The translations under genes were made by a program, and so were the position numbers. From positions 6,634,001-6,698,000 of the forward strand of contig CM082590.2 in NCBI GenBank assembly GCA_040954595.2: DNA of 64,000 nucleotides, written 5' to 3'. The first letter of the stretch is position 1; every line of letters begins with the position of its first letter. The notes under the pieces were generated by a model. It did not search any database and had not been told where the DNA came from. It worked only from the letters and a program-made list of their open reading frames with translations. Below are positions 60,801-64,000 of this stretch, piece by piece. The DNA is from Balanoglossus misakiensis. Lineage: Eukaryota; Animalia; Hemichordata.

Positions 60801-63450
60801 TTTGGAATAATTGTGTGGTAATAAACTCTGTAAAACACTCATCACAGAGATGTAGCCTACACACATTTTTATCATTTTGTTTTGTTGTGTTTTGGTCAAA
60901 CAATGACAGAAATACCACATTCTTGCCAAGTACAACGAATACTACTAATTTTGTGGGCATTTTATCGGTATATAATTATCCCAAAACAGTTCCCATCGTG
61001 TTTAGCTGATTATTCCTAGTAATGTAAATATTGCCTCCGCATTTTTAACAAAATGTCCTTAATTAACAAAACTTTGCTTTAAATTTAGTATTTACTGCCA
61101 TTTATAACTATTTATAGCTATTTTCACTTAAACTTCATCAAGATGAATATCAAAATCTAAAACCATGAAAAATTCACAAATATCACCGAAACACGCACTC
61201 ACTCACACAATTACATGTACGTGTATCTTCAGTTACTTCATACGCCTAAAAATTGATCCCTAACTTGATGAGTACATTGTTATACGTCGACAAATTCTCC
61301 TAATATACACAAAGTATTGCAGTGTTCATAAAATGTATTAAAATTGTATCTCGATGAGAAATTGAAATGCCATGCCCTGACTGCATGGTTGTGCCACAGA
61401 AAGTACAGAGAGTAGAATTTGTTTAGTACATTGTTATTCATCAACAAATTCTCCTAATATACACAAAGTATTGCAGTGTTTATAAATGTATTAAATTCTA
61501 TTCGATGTGAAATTGAGATGCCACACCTAGACTGCATGGTTGTGCCACAGAAAGTACAGAGAGTAGAATTTGAAAGATGACATGAATACAGTCGTGGGCA
61601 ACCGACGTTAGGCGCGTTCACAAACCAGCGAACGACAGCTGATTAATTCAGCGTATCTTCAGAGGTTTGTTTGCCGCGCGACGCCTGGCCTCTATCTTCC
61701 CTGCTGAATAATTAATTGATTGCAGCAAGGAAACAGTTTTAAAGCAGATCCACCTTCCTGTCCCCGGGGAGTGTTCAGCCGAATTCGCTGTCTGAATGAC
61801 GTCATAACTGCAAGCCTTTACAGAGAAAAAAAACGGCTTGGACAAGTTCCCAAGTGACGCACACTGCGTTTTACTTGAATGAAGTAAATCCCGTCCAGTT
61901 AACGAGTCGACGTGCGTCTTCTCCGCAAAATCTCGAATGACTGTGGGGTCCATCTGCTCGTCTAGTCATACATTTATGCATTCATCCATCCATCAATCCA
62001 TCCAGCCAGCCATTTATCCAATTACCTCACTCATTAATCAATTAATTCATTCATTCATTCATTTATTCATTCACCTACTAACTTACTACACACACACTCA
62101 CTCACTCACTGATTCGTTTAATCATTCTTTCATTATATCATTATTTCATTCATTCATGCACTCACCCGTTCATTCATTTATTTAGTTATTTGCTCGCTCA
62201 TTCATTCATTCATAGTTTCATTCATTCATTCAATCATTCATTCATTCATTCACATCAACCTGTCTTCATATTACTCGTTGACATTTTTTCTTTGGCAAAA
62301 ACAATAATCAGAATTAAGTTTGGTTCCTGTAAGAACTCACCTGATCGGAACAATAGACAACCAAGCGAGAAATGATGGCACCTTCATCAATTTCTTGGGA
62401 ATGGCCGCACTCTTGTTTGATTCTGCGGATGGTTTCTGTTCTTGCTGCCAACATTGCAACCAGGGTGGCTTCACTGGCGGTGCCCTGTCGAACAGTTACA
62501 TGTACATGGTGTTAAAGCCCCTATAGCTGCCAAATTTCACATATATTTTTCCACATTAAATATACTTCAAATCTATTCCCTATCCTCTAAAATCCTCACT
62601 ATTAAACCATATTAGTTGCATTTGCATAAGTTTGTCATCTCTTGGCGACGCATACCACGATAGCTGCGTACTGTTTGTATGGAGGCTGATTAAATCGGTG
62701 TGGCACCGTTTTAATACATAGCGTGTTCAAATTGCAACATGCAGTCACAATCGGGCATCGATAAGGTGTTCATGTATACCTATCAGCAAGCTTGTTTAGA
62801 TGGACCAATTGAAGTTGGAAAATAAAATCATGAAAAAATGCAAAAAGTGGCAGCTCTTGAAGCTTTAAAGGCTGACAATCATTTTATGCGCATGTGCGTA
62901 ATTTTGTGTGTACAAACATTGCGTCCAATCCAAACGTTCTGCAAATAGCGGACCGCCTTCGCTTCCTTCCAAATTTCATGCGCAGCGTATAAGTAGACTT
63001 TTACCATAGAATAATGTAACCATTACACATTCACATATGTCATGTGTGTGTATAGTTTTGTGTGCACATGGGTTTGAAACAGTCAAGTATAGGATGCGAA
63101 TTCTTCTAATTTGCATTTTACCTGTAAAACGCCACCACCTCGGCTACCAGGTGCGTTGTGAAGGAAGCAAGCTGGTAGGCCAATCATCTTTGCTGTATTA
63201 AAATAGAAAAGGAGAATACGGCTTATAAGTAATGCAAACTATTTTTCAATTGGTCATACACAAAAAAACAAAATGTTATTTTTTTACTGTGTACATCTGG
63301 ACAAAGCACTGACCCCTACTAAAGGGTCACTCAAGTTCATGACCCATGCTTGGTGGTACATAATGTTGGTCAGTCAAAGGTCAAGAGATGTCACTCACCC
63401 AACCAGTCCATGACAACCACCTCCAACTCAGTGCATGCTGGACTTGAAGC
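51048..63450 (-). CDS. HDC: Histidine decarboxylase (group II PLP decarboxylase), 11 exons, 5' part outside the window
   Basis: Phase-consistent GT-AG exons: 63399-63450, 63122-63192, 62341-62484, 58317-58460, 57044-57110, 56113-56275, 54369-54439, 53914-53933, 52982-53080, 52325-52426, 51048-51872. PLP motif [16 protein letters not shown] is HDC-type (DDC NPHKW, TDC NPNKW). Also [25 protein letters not shown] and [16 protein letters not shown]. Confidence 0.9.
52325..52426 (-). CDS. HDC: HDC exon (GVRLAKMFE...LGLVVFRLK)
   Basis: 102 nt, CAG/GTCAG. Confidence 0.93.
52982..53080 (-). CDS. HDC: HDC exon ([23 protein letters not shown]...)
   Basis: 99 nt, CAG/GTAAT. Confidence 0.94.
53914..53933 (-). 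CDS. HDC: HDC 20-nt micro-exon (GLAIDYM)
   Basis: TAG|GACTTGCAATTGACTATATG|GTAAG. Restores phase between the neighbouring exons. Confidence 0.88.
54369..54439 (-). CDS. HDC: HDC exon ([23 protein letters not shown])
   Basis: 71 nt, CAG/GTAAG. Contains the catalytic-loop Tyr (PLYL). Confidence 0.92.
54535..54743. mobile_element. Second copy of the CTGTAAAACAC MITE, opposite orientation
   Basis: Same TIRs. The interior is the reverse complement of 50475-50681 (GTGGCCTCTCTCGATATC versus GATATCGAGAGAGGCCAC). Confidence 0.85.
54820..56095. repeat. 73/79-bp minisatellite (~16 copies) made from the right end of a CAGTCAAACCTG-type MITE
   Basis: Unit CATGTAAATTGCACAGGGACTGTAACAAAGTGGCCACTATATAGAGGTGGCCACTAACACAGGTTTGACTGTA(CCGGTA). 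Single left TIR TACAGTCAAGCCTGT at 54820. Confidence 0.9.
56113..56275 (-). CDS. HDC: HDC exon with PLP lysine ([10 protein letters not shown]...[17 protein letters not shown])
   Basis: 163 nt, CAG/GTAAG. Confidence 0.95.
57044..57110 (-). CDS. HDC: HDC exon ([22 protein letters not shown])
   Basis: 67 nt, CAG/GTAAG. Confidence 0.93.
57715..57857. repeat. (GGT/GTT)n imperfect trinucleotide microsatellite
   Basis: Directly visible, intronic. Confidence 0.9.
58317..58460 (-). CDS. HDC: HDC exon (AHSSVEKA...GLIPFY)
   Basis: 144 nt, [16 protein letters not shown] motif. Confidence 0.93.
59454..60637. mobile_element. PIF/Harbinger-like non-autonomous element, 1184 bp
   Basis: TIR GGGACCGTTCAGTTTTTACGGC / GCCGTAAAAACTGAACGTTCCC, 3-bp TSD TAA, subterminal G/C runs, three internal copies of ATTTTACAA...TGTGGGAGGGGG. 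Confidence 0.82.
61271..61572. repeat. ~154-bp direct duplication
   Basis: AGTACATTGTTAT...ACAAATTCTCCTAATATACACAAAG...GAGTAGAATTTG occurs twice. Confidence 0.85.
61975..62252. repeat. Degenerate (TCAT)n microsatellite
   Basis: Directly visible. Confidence 0.9.
62341..62484 (-). CDS. HDC: HDC exon ([15 protein letters not shown]...RLVVYCSDQ)
   Basis: 144 nt, CAG/GTGAG. Confidence 0.92.
62516..62864. mobile_element. TTAA-flanked MITE (Kolobok-like); relatives at ~58790-59234 and ~53107-53400
   Basis: TTAA|AGCCCCTATAGCTGCCA ... TGGCAGCTCTTGAAGCT|TTAA. The interior AAAATCCTCAC...GCATTTGCAT...GGAGGCTGATTAAAT is shared with 58940-59230. End motif AAGCCTCTAGAGCTGCCACTTTTT occurs at 53110 and 53257. 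Confidence 0.65.
63122..63192 (-). CDS. HDC: HDC exon ([24 protein letters not shown])
   Basis: 71 nt, CAG/GTAAAA, GGGVLQ motif. Confidence 0.92.
63399..63450 (-). CDS. HDC: HDC exon ([17 protein letters not shown])
   Basis: CAG acceptor, GTGAG donor, 52 nt, conserved SPACTELE motif. Confidence 0.92.
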
Positions 63451-64000
63451 CTGTTATCAAAACGTAAACAAATAATTATGTTAATGATGGTGTGATCGCC
63501 ATGTTTTTAACCACTATACATAGTTCTTCCTACCTTAAATACTAGGTTTCTACTTCATTGCTTTAATAGTCATAAATGTCTTTGTAGTTAGAATATATAC
63601 AATATCGAGCTCGTTCAACATTTTCTCATTTTTTCTACAAAATTACAGAACAACTCAACGTCAGTCACTGTAACTTTTGCTAAACGTGACAAAATTCAGC
63701 CATCTTGAAATTGTGTCGTCCATATCAGATATTCCTCTTGACCATATATAGGCATATGTAAATTAGAGGTGATTGTATACAATTGTGAGAAAAGTGAAGC
63801 AAAATTGAAATTCGCTTCCCTTGCTACATTTTAGAAATCGAAAAGTTGTTAGTTGTCAGCAAAGAACACGTAAAACCAACCACCTTCCTTCTCTTTTCAA
63901 AGTGAAATGTCAAAATGCTTAATTTCCCCGGGTGATATAACTAATATGGCGTACACGCAGAGTCTAAATCATGTAGACAAACATCCCAGTCCCCTTAGCT

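Noticed and set aside
51048-63450. Calling the decarboxylase DDC or TDC
   Set aside because: [23 protein letters not shown] and [10 protein letters not shown] fit HDC better than DDC (NPHKW, PLGRRF) or TDC (NPNKW). A phylogeny would be decisive.

Overview
AT-rich metazoan genomic DNA with spliceosomal introns and no prokaryotic features. (1) 1-37064 is a Helentron/Helitron2-type rolling-circle transposon complex. It looks like a ~1.5-kb satellite, but it parses as a last-in-first-out nested stack. Each copy sits, with no TSD, inside the (GAAA)n/A-tract just inside the right end of an older copy, so the displaced right ends pile up as hairpin clusters at 4558-4804, 11026-11133 and 36602-37064. 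The innermost copy (14020-36656, ~22.6 kb) appears autonomous, with an intact 2564-aa OTU-Zn-Rep(HUH)-PIF1 helicase-AP endonuclease ORF and long direct subterminal repeats. At least one short copy is a solo-type recombinant of those repeats. (2) ~38.4-48.1 kb is an unrelated ~1.4-kb tandem array interrupted by a hAT-like MITE (8-bp TSD) and a Kolobok-like element (TTAA TSD). (3) 51048-63450 on the minus strand holds 11 exons of a histidine decarboxylase gene (NPSKW PLP motif; 5' exons lie beyond the window), with MITEs and mini/microsatellites in its introns. All alignments and counts were done by eye.
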